Under the pieces are notes generated by a model. It was not told the origin of the DNA. It ran no database searches and saw nothing but the letters and a program-made list of their open reading frames with translations. From an uncultured Actinomycetes bacterium (GTDB lineage: Bacteria; Actinomycetota; Thermoleophilia; RBG-16-64-13), in the NCBI GenBank assembly GCA_963841735.1, contig CAWJDT010000001.1, forward strand, positions 1,696,001-1,760,000: a DNA stretch of 64,000 nt, given 5' to 3'. The stretch's first letter is position 1. Each line of letters begins with the position of its first letter. Both the position numbers and the translations under genes were made by a program. Shown one piece after another: positions 21,204 through 30,631 of the stretch.

Positions 21204-21941
21204 GTGGAAGGCGGCCCGGTGAGCGGCGCACCAAGCACTACCCTCGCCAGGCTGCGGGCGCTCTGTCCCACGGTGAGCGTGGGGATCCTCAGCGCCGATC
21301 TCATGGACTTGGGCTCGGAGCTGGCGCTCTTGGAGCAGGCCGGGGTGGGGGTGGTGCACGTGGACGTGATGGACGGTTGCTTCTGTCCGCAACTTACCGT
21401 TGGAGCCGTCTATGTGAAGGGGCTGCGCACTCCGCTGCTCAAGGACGTGCACCTCATGGTGCAGGAGCCGCTGGATTACCTTGCCGACTACGTGGCTGCC
21501 GGCGCCGATATAGTCACGGTGCACATTGAGGCGGCGGTGCATATCCATAGGGTGCTGCAGCGCCTCGGGGGCATGGAACACAGCGCCGGGCCCGGCCGGG
21601 GGATTGTTCGGGGGCTGGCGCTCAACCCAGGTACCCCGCTGGAATGGCTGACGCCGCCCCTGCTGGATGAGCTGGATATGATCTCGCTTCTGGGCATCGA
21701 TCCGGGCTGGAGTGGGCAGAAGTTTGCTCCCCGCACGCTGGAGCGGGTAGCCCGGGTGAAGGAGATGGCGGAGGCCTCCGGCAAGGACATCCTGGTATGC
21801 GTTGACGGAGGCATCACGCGTGACAACATCGCCGCGGTGGCGGCGGCCGGCGCCGATCTGGTCGCGGCCGGCAGCGCGGTCTTCGATGGCCAAGCGGCCG
21901 CTGCGAACGCCCACTACGTGCTTGAGGCGGTGCGGGGCTGA
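21204..21941 (+). CDS. Ribulose-phosphate 3-epimerase family (LsrE-like)
   Basis: ILSAD, HVDVMDG.F.PQLT, DVHLMV, HIE, LNPGTP, DPGWSGQ, VDGGI, AGSAVF. Confidence 0.88.
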   Translation: MEGGPVSGAPSTTLARLRALCPTVSVGILSADLMDLGSELALLEQAGVGVVHVDVMDGCFCPQLTVGAVYVKGLRTPLLKDVHLMVQEPLDYLADYVAAGADIVTVHIEAAVHIHRVLQRLGGMEHSAGPGRGIVRGLALNPGTPLEWLTPPLLDELDMISLLGIDPGWSGQKFAPRTLERVARVKEMAEASGKDILVCVDGGITRDNIAAVAAAGADLVAAGSAVFDGQAAAANAHYVLEAVRG

Positions 21942-24097
21942 TGCGCTCCAAGTGGTCCGAGGACGAAGCCGCCGCGTTTGTCGCTCGCTACGGCATCGAG
22001 TGGGGGGAACCGCTGTCCCTCCGCACCTACTCTACCCGGCTGCTGGGCGGGGAACCTGCTCTGGTCTTGCACGGCGGCGGCAACTCTTCGGTCAAGGCGC
22101 GCTGGGTAAACATCCTGGGCGAGGACCTGGCGGCCGTGTTCGTCAAGGCGTCAGGCACCGACATGGCTACCGTTGAGCCGGCCGGGCATCCCGGGCTGGA
22201 TTTGGAGTACCTGCGCCGGCTGCGTACACTCACCGATCTGGACGACCAGGCCATGGTGGCCGAGCTACGCGCTCACCTCTTGCGGGCCGACGCCCCTACT
22301 CCGTCCGTTGAGGCTCTGGTGCACGCCTTTCTTCCAGGTGTCTACATCGATCACACCCACGCCGATGCCATCCTGGCTTTGACCAATCAGGATGACGGCA
22401 CAGCCGTGGTGCGGCGGGCGCTGGGCGAAGATGTCATCGTGCTGCCCTATACCACACCCGGTTTCAAGCTGGCGCTGGCCGCGGAGGCAGCCTTGAGGGC
22501 CCGGCCCGACGCTTGGGGCATGGTGTGGGCGCATCACGGCATCGTCACCTGGGGCAACACCGCTCGGGACTCGTACGATGTGATGATCAACCTGGTCTCC
22601 CGGGCCGAGCACTTTCTGGAGCACAACCGGGGGCCGCACGGAGCGAAGATCCCGGTGCCGGGGGAGAATGCAGCCGGCGGGGCCGGGACTACCTCAGGCT
22701 CCCTGGCGCGGACTAGGCTCGACTCTCAACTGGTGACCGTGGCCACGATGCTGCGCGGGCTCCTGGCCACGGAGAGCGGCGACAGCGACAGGCCCCACCG
22801 GCGGGTGATCGTGCAGACCCTGGCCGACTCGGAGGTGCTCGCGGTGCTGGGCGCTCCTTGGGCCTATGAAGCCCTGGTGACCGCGCCCCTGACCACCGAC
22901 CATCTCATCCGCACCAAAGCGCTGCCGTTGTGGATAGACTCTCTACCCTACGGCGACGAGGCCGCCTTGCGCGAGCTGCTAGGGGCCGCGGTGGAGCGGT
23001 ATTCCGAGGAGTACCGGGCCTACTTGGACCGGCATGCCGACGCCCTTCCGGCTGGAGTCGAGACCTTTGACCCCCGGCCGAGAGTGGTTATGATCCCCGG
23101 ACTGGGCACGTTCTGCGCGGGGCCCGACCTGCGCGAGTCGCTGATCACCCGGGATATAACTGTGCACACCATCGCGGTGAAGGCCGCCATCGCCGCCTCG
23201 GATTCCCTGTACCGGGGACTGCCTGAGGATGAGTTGTTCGCCATGGAATACCGCACTCTCCAGCACGCCAAGCTGGAGCGCGGGCAGGCCCAGCCCATGC
23301 GAGGCCAGGTGGCCCTGGTGACGGGTGCGGCCGGCGCCATCGGCACCGGTATCTGTCGGGGCCTGCTGGAGGCCGGCTGCCTGGTGGCCGCTACCGACCT
23401 GCCCGGGGAGCCCCTGACCGCGCTGGTCGCCACTCTGGGTGTCGAGTTCGGAGACATGATCATGGGGCTGCCGCTTGACGTCACCGATCCGGAGTCGGTC
23501 GCCGAGGCTTTTGCCGGAGTCGTGCGGGCCTGGGGAGGCATCGACCTGGTGATCCCCAATGCGGGTGTGGCTCATGTGGCCCAGTTGATCGACCTGAGTC
23601 TGGAGAAGTATCGCAAGCTCGAGCAGGTGAACGTGGAGGGGACGCTGCTGTTGCTCGCCGAAGCGGCGCGGCACTTCAAGCGCCAGGCCACCGGCGGCGA
23701 CGTGGTGCTTATCTCGACCAAGAACGTCTTTGCTCCCGGGGCGGGATTCGGCGGCTACAGCTCCACCAAAGCCGCGGCTCATCAACTGGCCCGCATCGCG
23801 AGCCTGGAGCTTGCCGCCGACGATGTGCGGGTGAATATGGTGGCGCCCGACGCGGTTTTCTCGTGCGGCGCTCGCCGCTCGGGTCTGTGGGCGGAGGTGG
23901 GCCCCGACCGGATGAAGGCCAGGGGCCTGGATGAAGCGGGCCTTGAGGCCTACTACCAGGGCCGCAACCTGCTCAAAGCTCAGGTGACGGCGGAGCACGT
24001 GGCCAATGCGGTGTTGTTCTTCGCGACCCGGCAGACTCCCACCACCGGGGCCACCATCCCCGTCGACGGTGGTCTGCCGGATTCCACTCCGCGGTAA
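21941..24097 (+). CDS. Bifunctional class II aldolase / short-chain dehydrogenase (RhaD/RhaEW-like)
   Basis: LHGGGNSSVK, PSVE..H, DHTHAD, HHGIVTWG; TGAAGAIG, NAG, YSSTKAA, RVNMVAPD. Confidence 0.9.
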   Translation: MRSKWSEDEAAAFVARYGIEWGEPLSLRTYSTRLLGGEPALVLHGGGNSSVKARWVNILGEDLAAVFVKASGTDMATVEPAGHPGLDLEYLRRLRTLTDLDDQAMVAELRAHLLRADAPTPSVEALVHAFLPGVYIDHTHADAILALTNQDDGTAVVRRALGEDVIVLPYTTPGFKLALAAEAALRARPDAWGMVWAHHGIVTWGNTARDSYDVMINLVSRAEHFLEHNRGPHGAKIPVPGENAAGGAGTTSGSLARTRLDSQLVTVATMLRGLLATESGDSDRPHRRVIVQTLADSEVLAVLGAPWAYEALVTAPLTTDHLIRTKALPLWIDSLPYGDEAALRELLGAAVERYSEEYRAYLDRHADALPAGVETFDPRPRVVMIPGLGTFCAGPDLRESLITRDITVHTIAVKAAIAASDSLYRGLPEDELFAMEYRTLQHAKLERGQAQPMRGQVALVTGAAGAIGTGICRGLLEAGCLVAATDLPGEPLTALVATLGVEFGDMIMGLPLDVTDPESVAEAFAGVVRAWGGIDLVIPNAGVAHVAQLIDLSLEKYRKLEQVNVEGTLLLLAEAARHFKRQATGGDVVLISTKNVFAPGAGFGGYSSTKAAAHQLARIASLELAADDVRVNMVAPDAVFSCGARRSGLWAEVGPDRMKARGLDEAGLEAYYQGRNLLKAQVTAEHVANAVLFFATRQTPTTGATIPVDGGLPDSTPR

Positions 24098-24124
24098 GAA
24101 GGTAAGCAATGCAGGAGGTAGCTG

Positions 24125-24358
24125 ATGAACTCGGTCACTGAGGGCGGATCTCCCGTTCTGCTGGTCTCTGTCTGCTCGCCGCTGGAGGCAGATATCATCG
24201 TCAGTCGGCTGCGCAGCGCCGGCATCGAGACCTACGTGCGGCACGAGGCCTTGTCGGTTGTCTACGGCTTGACGGTGGACGGAGCCGGCCAGCAAGACAT
24301 CATGGTTCGGCCGGAAGATCTAGGCGAAGCCCAGTTCGCGCTGGAGCAGACGCCTTGA
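24125..24358 (+). CDS. DUF2007-like small protein
   Basis: EADIIVSRLRSAGIE..IMVRPED..A; GGAGG RBS. Confidence 0.75.
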   Translation: MNSVTEGGSPVLLVSVCSPLEADIIVSRLRSAGIETYVRHEALSVVYGLTVDGAGQQDIMVRPEDLGEAQFALEQTP

Positions 24359-25347
24359 TCTCTGTGCTTGGCGTCGACATCGGGGGCACCAAGGTAGCCG
24401 TGGGGCCGGTGGATCAGGCCGGAGTGCTCCTCGCTCCTCCGTTGGTGGAGCCTAGTTGTACGGAGAGTGGCGGTGTCTTCGTATCGGGCCTGGAAGCCAC
24501 CCTCCGTCGGGCGCTCAGTGAGTTTGGGGACTTCAGCCCGGGAGTGATCGGCCTGGCCTGCGCGGGTACGGTGGACTTCGCGCGAGGGGTCATGGTCACC
24601 TCCCCCAATCTCCCCTTGGTCGAGGTTCCGCTGGCCGGACTCATACGGGATGCGCTGGGGCTGCCGGTGGTGCTGGACAACGACGCGCAGGCGGCAGTCC
24701 TGGCTGAGGCCGTCTGCGGCGCGGGGGCCGGTCTGCAGCACGTGGTGATGCTGACGCTGGGCACGGGGGTCGGTGGTGGTCTGTTCTTGGACGGGCATGT
24801 ATACCGGGGTGCCGGGGGAGGGGCCGGGGAGTTAGGTCACATGGTGGTGCTGAAAGACGGTCTGCTCTGCGGCTGCGGCGGCCACGGCTGCCTGGAGATG
24901 TACGCGTCGGGAAGGGCGTTGAAACGCTACGCGGCCGCCCGGGCGGGTGACCGAGAGGCTGATCCCGAAGGGACCCTGCTCTCGCTACGCGAGCGGGGGG
25001 AGTTGGGCGGAGGAGCGGTCACGCGGTTGGCCCGGCAAGGGTATCCCGGCGCTCTGGCAGCAGTGCTGGAGTTTGCGGACTGGTTGGGGGTGGGGCTGGT
25101 GAGTGTCTGCAACGTCTTCTCCCCGGAAATGATAGTAGTAGGCGGCGGGATAAGTGAGTTGGGAGGGCTGCTCCTTGAGCCCGCCACTGAGTACATGCGC
25201 CGGAATGCCATGGCCCCCGGATGCGAAACGGTTAGAGTCGCTCCCGCGGAACTCGGCAATCTGGCGGGGCTGGTGGGGGCGGGGCTGAGCGCATGGCGGG
25301 CTGTGAGCAGCGAAGCCGCCCAGGCGCCGTCTCCGGCCTGCGGCTGA
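24355..25347 (+). CDS. ROK-family sugar kinase (glucokinase-like)
   Basis: GVDIGGTK, DNDAQAA, LGTGVGGG, GELGH, CGCGGHGCLE. Confidence 0.92.
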   Translation: MISVLGVDIGGTKVAVGPVDQAGVLLAPPLVEPSCTESGGVFVSGLEATLRRALSEFGDFSPGVIGLACAGTVDFARGVMVTSPNLPLVEVPLAGLIRDALGLPVVLDNDAQAAVLAEAVCGAGAGLQHVVMLTLGTGVGGGLFLDGHVYRGAGGGAGELGHMVVLKDGLLCGCGGHGCLEMYASGRALKRYAAARAGDREADPEGTLLSLRERGELGGGAVTRLARQGYPGALAAVLEFADWLGVGLVSVCNVFSPEMIVVGGGISELGGLLLEPATEYMRRNAMAPGCETVRVAPAELGNLAGLVGAGLSAWRAVSSEAAQAPSPACG

Positions 25348-25363
25348 TCCGCGGGTCATAGCC

Positions 25364-26248
25364 GTGCTCTATATCTGCCCCACACCAATAGGCAACCTGG
25401 GCGACGTTACTCTGCGGGTGCTGGAGATGTTGCGGACCGCCGACCTGGTGGCCTGCGAGGACACCCGGCACACCCGTGTCCTTCTGGATCGCCACGGCAT
25501 CGCCGCCCGGCTGGTCAGCTTCCATGAGCATAATGAGGAGGCCCGCTTGGCCGGTCTTCTGCCACTCCTTCGGGAGGGCAAGTCGGTGGCGGTGGTTAGT
25601 GATGCGGGCATGCCCGGGCTGTCCGATCCCGGTTTCACATTGGTGCGGGCCTGCGCGGCCGAAGGACTCCCGGTGACGGTGTTGCCCGGCCCCTCGGCTG
25701 TGTCGACGGCCCTCGTGTTGTCGGGTCTGCCTACCGACCGCTTTGCCTTTGTCGGTTTCCTGGCGCGTGGCAAGGCCAAGTTGATAGAGCAGCTGGCCGG
25801 GTTCGACGGCTCTGGGGCTACGATGGTGGCCTTCGAATCTCCTCGCCGCATCCGCGCGTCCCTGGCAGCCATTGCTGTGCGTTGGCCCGAACGGCGCCTG
25901 GCGGTGTGCCGGGAGCTCACCAAGATCCACGAGGAGGCCGTGCGCGGTACTGCCGCCGAGATACTCGGGCAACTCATGGACCCTGTACGGGGAGAGGTGG
26001 TGCTGGTGCTGGAACCGGGCGGCGGGCTTCAGACCGGAGTGGCTACCGGGGGCGGGGGCGGCGCGGGCCAGGTTTTCGGCGACGGGGAGGCTGTTCGGCG
26101 CGCTCTGACGGAACTCCTGGACGCCGGCTTAGGAACCAAGAAGGCCGCCGGCATCGTGGCCGGTCTCACCGGGATGCCCAGAAAAGTTGCCTACGAGCTG
26201 GCCCTCGGCCTGGCGGACGCGGAGCCGGAGGCGCGACGGGTCGTATGA
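25364..26248 (+). CDS. rsmI: 16S rRNA C1402 2'-O-methyltransferase
   Basis: LYICPTPIGNLGD, ACEDTRHT, SDAGMPGLSDPG, FESPRR, RELTKIHEE. Confidence 0.95.
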   Translation: MLYICPTPIGNLGDVTLRVLEMLRTADLVACEDTRHTRVLLDRHGIAARLVSFHEHNEEARLAGLLPLLREGKSVAVVSDAGMPGLSDPGFTLVRACAAEGLPVTVLPGPSAVSTALVLSGLPTDRFAFVGFLARGKAKLIEQLAGFDGSGATMVAFESPRRIRASLAAIAVRWPERRLAVCRELTKIHEEAVRGTAAEILGQLMDPVRGEVVLVLEPGGGLQTGVATGGGGGAGQVFGDGEAVRRALTELLDAGLGTKKAAGIVAGLTGMPRKVAYELALGLADAEPEARRVV

Positions 26249-26422
26249 CGCGGCGCCTGGCGCCCCGAGCGGTTGTCACCAGCCGCCGCAAGCGGCTGCC
26301 AATGGGGTTTGCCAGCGCTCCGATTGGGGCAAATGCCTTGACAGTGCGGCCATCCCAAGCCTATGGTGGCAGCAGCAGACAGTACATTCCAGAGTGGGAA
26401 CAGCGAACAACGGGAGGTGGGA

Positions 26423-27124
26423 ATGGGCTTCGATATGAAGCGCTTCAAGAAGTGGGACTTTGGGGTGTTCGGCGCGTTCTTGTTGACCATCGTCGGAGTG
26501 AGCATACCTTGGTGGCATCTCAAGGTGGGCGATTTGTTCGGCGGCCTCGGTAATCTGGGAGATTTGGCAGGGGTCGATGTGCCCGGCATCCCGGGATTCT
26601 CGGCCAACCTCAGTGGCTGGAGCGCTGGAGTCGTCGGCACGGGCAAGGCGGCCTTCTCCCTCATTCTGATCGCCTGCGTCTGGATCTTGGTCAAAGCTCT
26701 CTTCAAGAAAGGGGCCCCCGCTCCGTCCTGGTACAAGGAGAGCTGGGTCATCATGGGCTTTGGCGGCCTTCTGACCATCCTGGGCATCGTGGGCTGCGCG
26801 AAGGCCCCCTTCGGTGGGTTCGAAGCCTGGTCCTGGCGGCCTGGGTCGATCATCACCCTGATTGCCGCTGTTGCCATGCTAGCGTTCGGCTACTTCATGT
26901 TCACGGACAAGTCCGGGGACTATGACGGGTCCGGCAAGTTCGCCCTGCCGGCGATGGGTGGCCAGCCTCAGTCTCCCGGCGGCTATCAGCCTCCGGTCGG
27001 CTATCAGCCTCCGGCTGGCTACCAGCCGCCGGCACCGCCCGCGGGTGGCAAGTTCTGTTCCGGCTGCGGGGGCGCACTTGCTCCTGAAGACGTGGCCTGC
27101 AAGAGCTGCGGCAAGCCCGCCTAG
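26423..27124 (+). CDS. Multi-pass membrane protein with Pro-rich GYQPP repeats and C-terminal double zinc ribbon
   Basis: Four hydrophobic segments; GYQPP x3; FCSGCG..ACKSCG; GGGAGG RBS. Confidence 0.75.
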   Translation: MGFDMKRFKKWDFGVFGAFLLTIVGVSIPWWHLKVGDLFGGLGNLGDLAGVDVPGIPGFSANLSGWSAGVVGTGKAAFSLILIACVWILVKALFKKGAPAPSWYKESWVIMGFGGLLTILGIVGCAKAPFGGFEAWSWRPGSIITLIAAVAMLAFGYFMFTDKSGDYDGSGKFALPAMGGQPQSPGGYQPPVGYQPPAGYQPPAPPAGGKFCSGCGGALAPEDVACKSCGKPA

Positions 27125-27180
27125 CAAGCGACCGACGTAGGGAGCGACCGAGCAACCAGCTCGTCGCCCGAGAGTGAGAG

Positions 27181-27220
27181 AAGAAGGGGAGCCGGCCGAA
27201 AGGCCGGCTCCCCTTTCTTT
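27181..27220 (+). terminator. Rho-independent terminator
   Basis: AGGGGAGCCGGCC-GAAA-GGCCGGCTCCCCT followed by TTCTTT. Confidence 0.9.
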
Positions 27221-27349
27221 GCGATGGGAGCCGACGCGTCCGCGACGTGGCGGCGAACGACAGGCTTCTGCAGGTGGAGTCCGGTGTGCTAGGTTGTAGC
27301 CTATTAAGAATCTGGGCGACGAAGCGTACAGAGGGAGCGAGGAGGGGAT

Positions 27350-27721
27350 ATGTTCTGTCCGGGCTGCGGCAAGGAGAACAGTGACGAGGCCGGCTTCTGC
27401 GAAGCGTGCGGCCGGCCACTTGATCTAGAAGGGTCTCGCGTGCCGCCGTATCGCCCGCCGATGCAGGAACGGCTGCCGGTACCGAACATACCTAGCTACC
27501 TCGGCTGGGCCGTCGCGGTGCTCATCCTATTCTTCTGGCCCACCGGCATCGCCGCGGTAGTGTATGCGGCCAGGGTGAACAGCAGGCTCGCCCTGGGCGA
27601 CGTCGCCGGCGCCCAGGAGGCATCGCGCAAGGCGAAGATGTGGTGCTGGGTCTCCTTCATCGTCGCCATCGTTGTTGTTGTCCTAGGCATCGTGGTCACC
27701 GTCGCGGGCAGGGGCTTCTAA
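27350..27721 (+). CDS. Zinc-ribbon + CD225/dispanin protein, paralog 1
   Basis: MFCPGCG..FCEACG; IPSYLGWA..FFWPTGIAAVVYAARV..GDVAGAQEASRKAK. Confidence 0.88.
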   Translation: MFCPGCGKENSDEAGFCEACGRPLDLEGSRVPPYRPPMQERLPVPNIPSYLGWAVAVLILFFWPTGIAAVVYAARVNSRLALGDVAGAQEASRKAKMWCWVSFIVAIVVVVLGIVVTVAGRGF

Positions 27722-27769
27722 TCGCGGAAGGCTGCGGGCGCAAAGAGTCAAAGTGGATTTGGAGGGGCT

Positions 27770-28144
27770 ATGTTTTGCCCGGGCTGCGGCAAGGAGATAA
27801 GTGACTCGGCCAGGTTCTGCGAAAGCTGTGGCCGGCAACTGGTCGAACTGGGGGTGCCGGAGGGCGCGCAGTACCGGCCGCCGATGCGGGAGCGGATACC
27901 GGAGATTCCTGACCACATCGGCTGGGCCATCGCCGGGCTCATCCTGTTCTGGCCGACTGGGATCGCGGCGATCGTGAACTCCACTCGGGTGGACAACAAG
28001 GTCTTGCGAGGCGACATCGACGGAGCGCGGGAGGCCTCGCGCAAAGCCAAGAAGTTCGGCAAGATCTCGATGTGGGTGTGTATTGCGACCTTTGTCATCT
28101 ACATGGGAGCTGTCATCCCGTTGATCGCCACGGGAAACTACTAG
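27770..28144 (+). CDS. Zinc-ribbon + CD225/dispanin protein, paralog 2
   Basis: MFCPGCG..FCESCG; IPDHIGWA..FWPTGIAAIV..GDIDGAREASRKAK. Confidence 0.88.
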   Translation: MFCPGCGKEISDSARFCESCGRQLVELGVPEGAQYRPPMRERIPEIPDHIGWAIAGLILFWPTGIAAIVNSTRVDNKVLRGDIDGAREASRKAKKFGKISMWVCIATFVIYMGAVIPLIATGNY

Positions 28145-28193
28145 TCACCTATCCCGTGCGCGGACGCGTCGGCAAAGAGAGCCAGGAGGGCCC

Positions 28194-28616
28194 ATGTACT
28201 GTCCAAGCTGCGGCAAGGCGGTAGGTGACTCGGCGAGCTTCTGCGACTCATGCGGTCGAGAGCTCAGCGGGCTTGGCTCGCCGGGCGTGATGCGGCCACA
28301 GCCCTATCAGCCCACCTACGAGGCTCCGCGGTACCGGCAGCCACTGCCGGGCCCGGGCTCGAGCACCCCCACCCACCTGGGCTGGGCCATCGTCTCGCTT
28401 ATCCTGTTTTTCTGGCCCACGGCCATCCCGGCGATAGTTTATGCGGCCCGGGTGGACAATAGGCTTGCGATGGGCGACATCGCCGGTGCCCAGGAAGCAT
28501 CGCGCAAGGCCAAGACTTGGTGCTGGGTGTCTACCGGCATCGCCATCGCGGGCGTGGTGATCGCCTTCGTCGTCTTGTTCATCCTTGCGCTTGTGACGAC
28601 GACGATCATCTTCTGA
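28194..28616 (+). CDS. Zinc-ribbon + CD225/dispanin protein, paralog 3
   Basis: MYCPSCG..FCDSCG; PTHLGWA..FFWPTAIPAIVYAARV..GDIAGAQEASRKAK. Confidence 0.88.
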   Translation: MYCPSCGKAVGDSASFCDSCGRELSGLGSPGVMRPQPYQPTYEAPRYRQPLPGPGSSTPTHLGWAIVSLILFFWPTAIPAIVYAARVDNRLAMGDIAGAQEASRKAKTWCWVSTGIAIAGVVIAFVVLFILALVTTTIIF

Positions 28617-28699
28617 ACGGGTGAGTCGCGTTGGCGCCGGCACGGTCGTGGACCCCGGCTGTACGCCCCCCGCCGGCCGCCCCAAGGCCCGATGCGAGG

Positions 28700-28859
28700 A
28701 GGCGGCTGAAGACCGAAGTCCCGGCCGCCAGGACACACTGGGCGGCGCAATATTTCGTTCTCAGTCGCGTCAATAGCGCTGCTATTCACGCTCCCTGCGT
28801 CCTCGTCTTGCGCTTGCCCACCCGAGTTCTGGCGGCGAAACGTCGGTCTTCAGCAGCCT
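28700..28859 (+). mobile_element. MITE-like element, copy A (160 bp)
   Basis: Terminal inverted repeats AGGCGGCTGAAGACCGA / TCGGTCTTCAGCAGCCT (16/17); internally similar to the reverse complement of 30000-30120. Confidence 0.75.
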
Positions 28860-28876
28860 GCTAGAATAGTCGGGCT

Positions 28877-30631
28877 ATGGCGCGCTTCTACATCACCACA
28901 CCCATCTACTACGTCAACGACGTGCCCCACATCGGGCACGCTTACACCACCGCGGCCGCCGACGTGGCGGCGCGGTTCCATCGGCAACTGGGCGACGAGG
29001 TCTTCTTTCTCACCGGCACCGACGAGCACGGCACCAAGGTCGAGCAGGCCGCCTGCGCCCGGGGCCTCACGCCCAAAGAGCACGTGGACGAAGTGGTGGC
29101 CAAGTTCAAGGAAGTCGCGGCCAAAGTCGGCGCCAGCAACGACTTCTTCATCCGGACCACGGACCCGGAGCACGAGAGATACGTGCAAGAATTTGTGAAG
29201 AAATGCTACGACGCGGGCGACATCTACAAAGGTTCGTACTCCGGCCTCTACTGCCCGGCCTGCGAGGCCTACTATATCGAGGAGAACCTGGTCGAAGGTC
29301 TGTGCCCCGACCACGGCACCAAGCCCGTCCGCATGGACGAGGACAACTACTTCTTCCGGCTGTCGGCTTTCCAGGACCGGTTGCGGGATCACTACCGGGC
29401 GCATCCCGACTTCGTACAGCCTCGCCACCGCTATAACGAAGCCCTCTCGTTCATCGAGCAGGGCCTGGACGACATCTCCATCTCCCGCGCCACCCTCAAG
29501 TGGGGCATCTCAGTGCCCTGGGACGAGAGTCAGGTCATCTACGTGTGGGTGGACGCGCTGATCAACTACCTCAGCGCGCTCTCGTACGCTCCTGGGCAAG
29601 ATCTTGTCTCCCGCTTCTGGCCGGCGAGCTACCACCTCATGGCCCAAGACATCCTCAAGTTTCACGGGATCATATGGCCGGCGCTCCTGATGTCGGCCGG
29701 ATATGAGCTGCCGGAACACCTGTTCATCCACGGGTACCTGAAGCTTGGTGGGGAAAAAATGTCCAAGACCCGCGGCAACGTGATGGACCCCTTCCCGCTG
29801 ATCGAAGAGTACGGGGCCGATCCGTTCAGGTTCTACTGCCTGCGCGAAGTGAGCTTCGGCCAGGACGGCATGGTGAGCGAGGAGGGCTTCAAAGCCCGCT
29901 ACAACAGCGAGTTGGCCAACGAACTGGGCAACCTGCTGTCGCGCAGCACCTCCATGATCGGCAAATACCGAGGCGGCACCGTGCCGATGCCGCCCCCAGG
30001 GCTGCTGGAGAATGCCGTTTCGCAGCCAGAGCACGATGGGCACGCGCGAGACGCGACCGAGGACGTGGTATCGCGCCGCACAGTGCGCTCTGGCGGCCGG
30101 GACTCCGTTCTCCAGCAGCCCCCAGGCTACGCCGATGCCCCGGAATGCGCGGTGGCGCACGGCGGCTCGCCGCTGGCCGTCGAAGCGACCGCCCTCTGCG
30201 CAGCGGTGCGCACGCAGCTCGACCAGATGGACCTGAGCGCCGCGCTGGATACCATCTGGGGCTTTGTGCGCCGGCTGAACAGGTACGTGGAAGAGCAGGC
30301 GCCTTGGAAGCAGGCAAAGGAGGCGGCCGCGGAAAGCGCCGGGGGCGCGGATCTGGGCACGGCAACGGGTTCCGCCGGGGTCGCGCTTGACAGCACCCTG
30401 TGGGACCTGGCCGAGGGCCTGCGCCTGCTGTCGGTGCTGCTGTATCCGTTCATACCCCAGACTGCCATGGCCATCCGGGAACGCTTGGGGCTCGGCGACG
30501 CCGGCGACCTTGCCTTGGGGACCGGCGCCGCTGAGGCGCCGCTGCTCTGGGACGAAGCCCATTGGGGCCTGCTTCCCGCCGGTCTGACCGTCGTGGTCGG
30601 CGCGCCGCTCTTCCCGCGCATCGAGGAGTGA
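28877..30631 (+). CDS. metG: Methionine--tRNA ligase containing a 42-aa in-frame insertion
   Basis: YITTPIYYVN, HIGH, GTDEHG, YVWVDAL, KMSKT, NELGNL, NRYVEEQAPW, LFPRIE. Confidence 0.96.
   Translation: MARFYITTPIYYVNDVPHIGHAYTTAAADVAARFHRQLGDEVFFLTGTDEHGTKVEQAACARGLTPKEHVDEVVAKFKEVAAKVGASNDFFIRTTDPEHERYVQEFVKKCYDAGDIYKGSYSGLYCPACEAYYIEENLVEGLCPDHGTKPVRMDEDNYFFRLSAFQDRLRDHYRAHPDFVQPRHRYNEALSFIEQGLDDISISRATLKWGISVPWDESQVIYVWVDALINYLSALSYAPGQDLVSRFWPASYHLMAQDILKFHGIIWPALLMSAGYELPEHLFIHGYLKLGGEKMSKTRGNVMDPFPLIEEYGADPFRFYCLREVSFGQDGMVSEEGFKARYNSELANELGNLLSRSTSMIGKYRGGTVPMPPPGLLENAVSQPEHDGHARDATEDVVSRRTVRSGGRDSVLQQPPGYADAPECAVAHGGSPLAVEATALCAAVRTQLDQMDLSAALDTIWGFVRRLNRYVEEQAPWKQAKEAAAESAGGADLGTATGSAGVALDSTLWDLAEGLRLLSVLLYPFIPQTAMAIRERLGLGDAGDLALGTGAAEAPLLWDEAHWGLLPAGLTVVVGAPLFPRIEE
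30000..30120 (-). mobile_element. MITE-like element, copy B, inserted in frame in metG
   Basis: Perfect 13-bp TIR GGCTGCTGGAGAA / TTCTCCAGCAGCC; flanking direct repeat CCCAG (29995-29999, 30121-30125); net +126 bp. Confidence 0.8.

Noticed and set aside
19995-24295. Long minus-strand ORFs of 639 aa and 438 aa
   Set aside because: Antisense shadows of lsrF, the epimerase and the aldolase/SDR in GC-rich DNA; only the last ~38 codons of the 639-aa ORF belong to a real gene.
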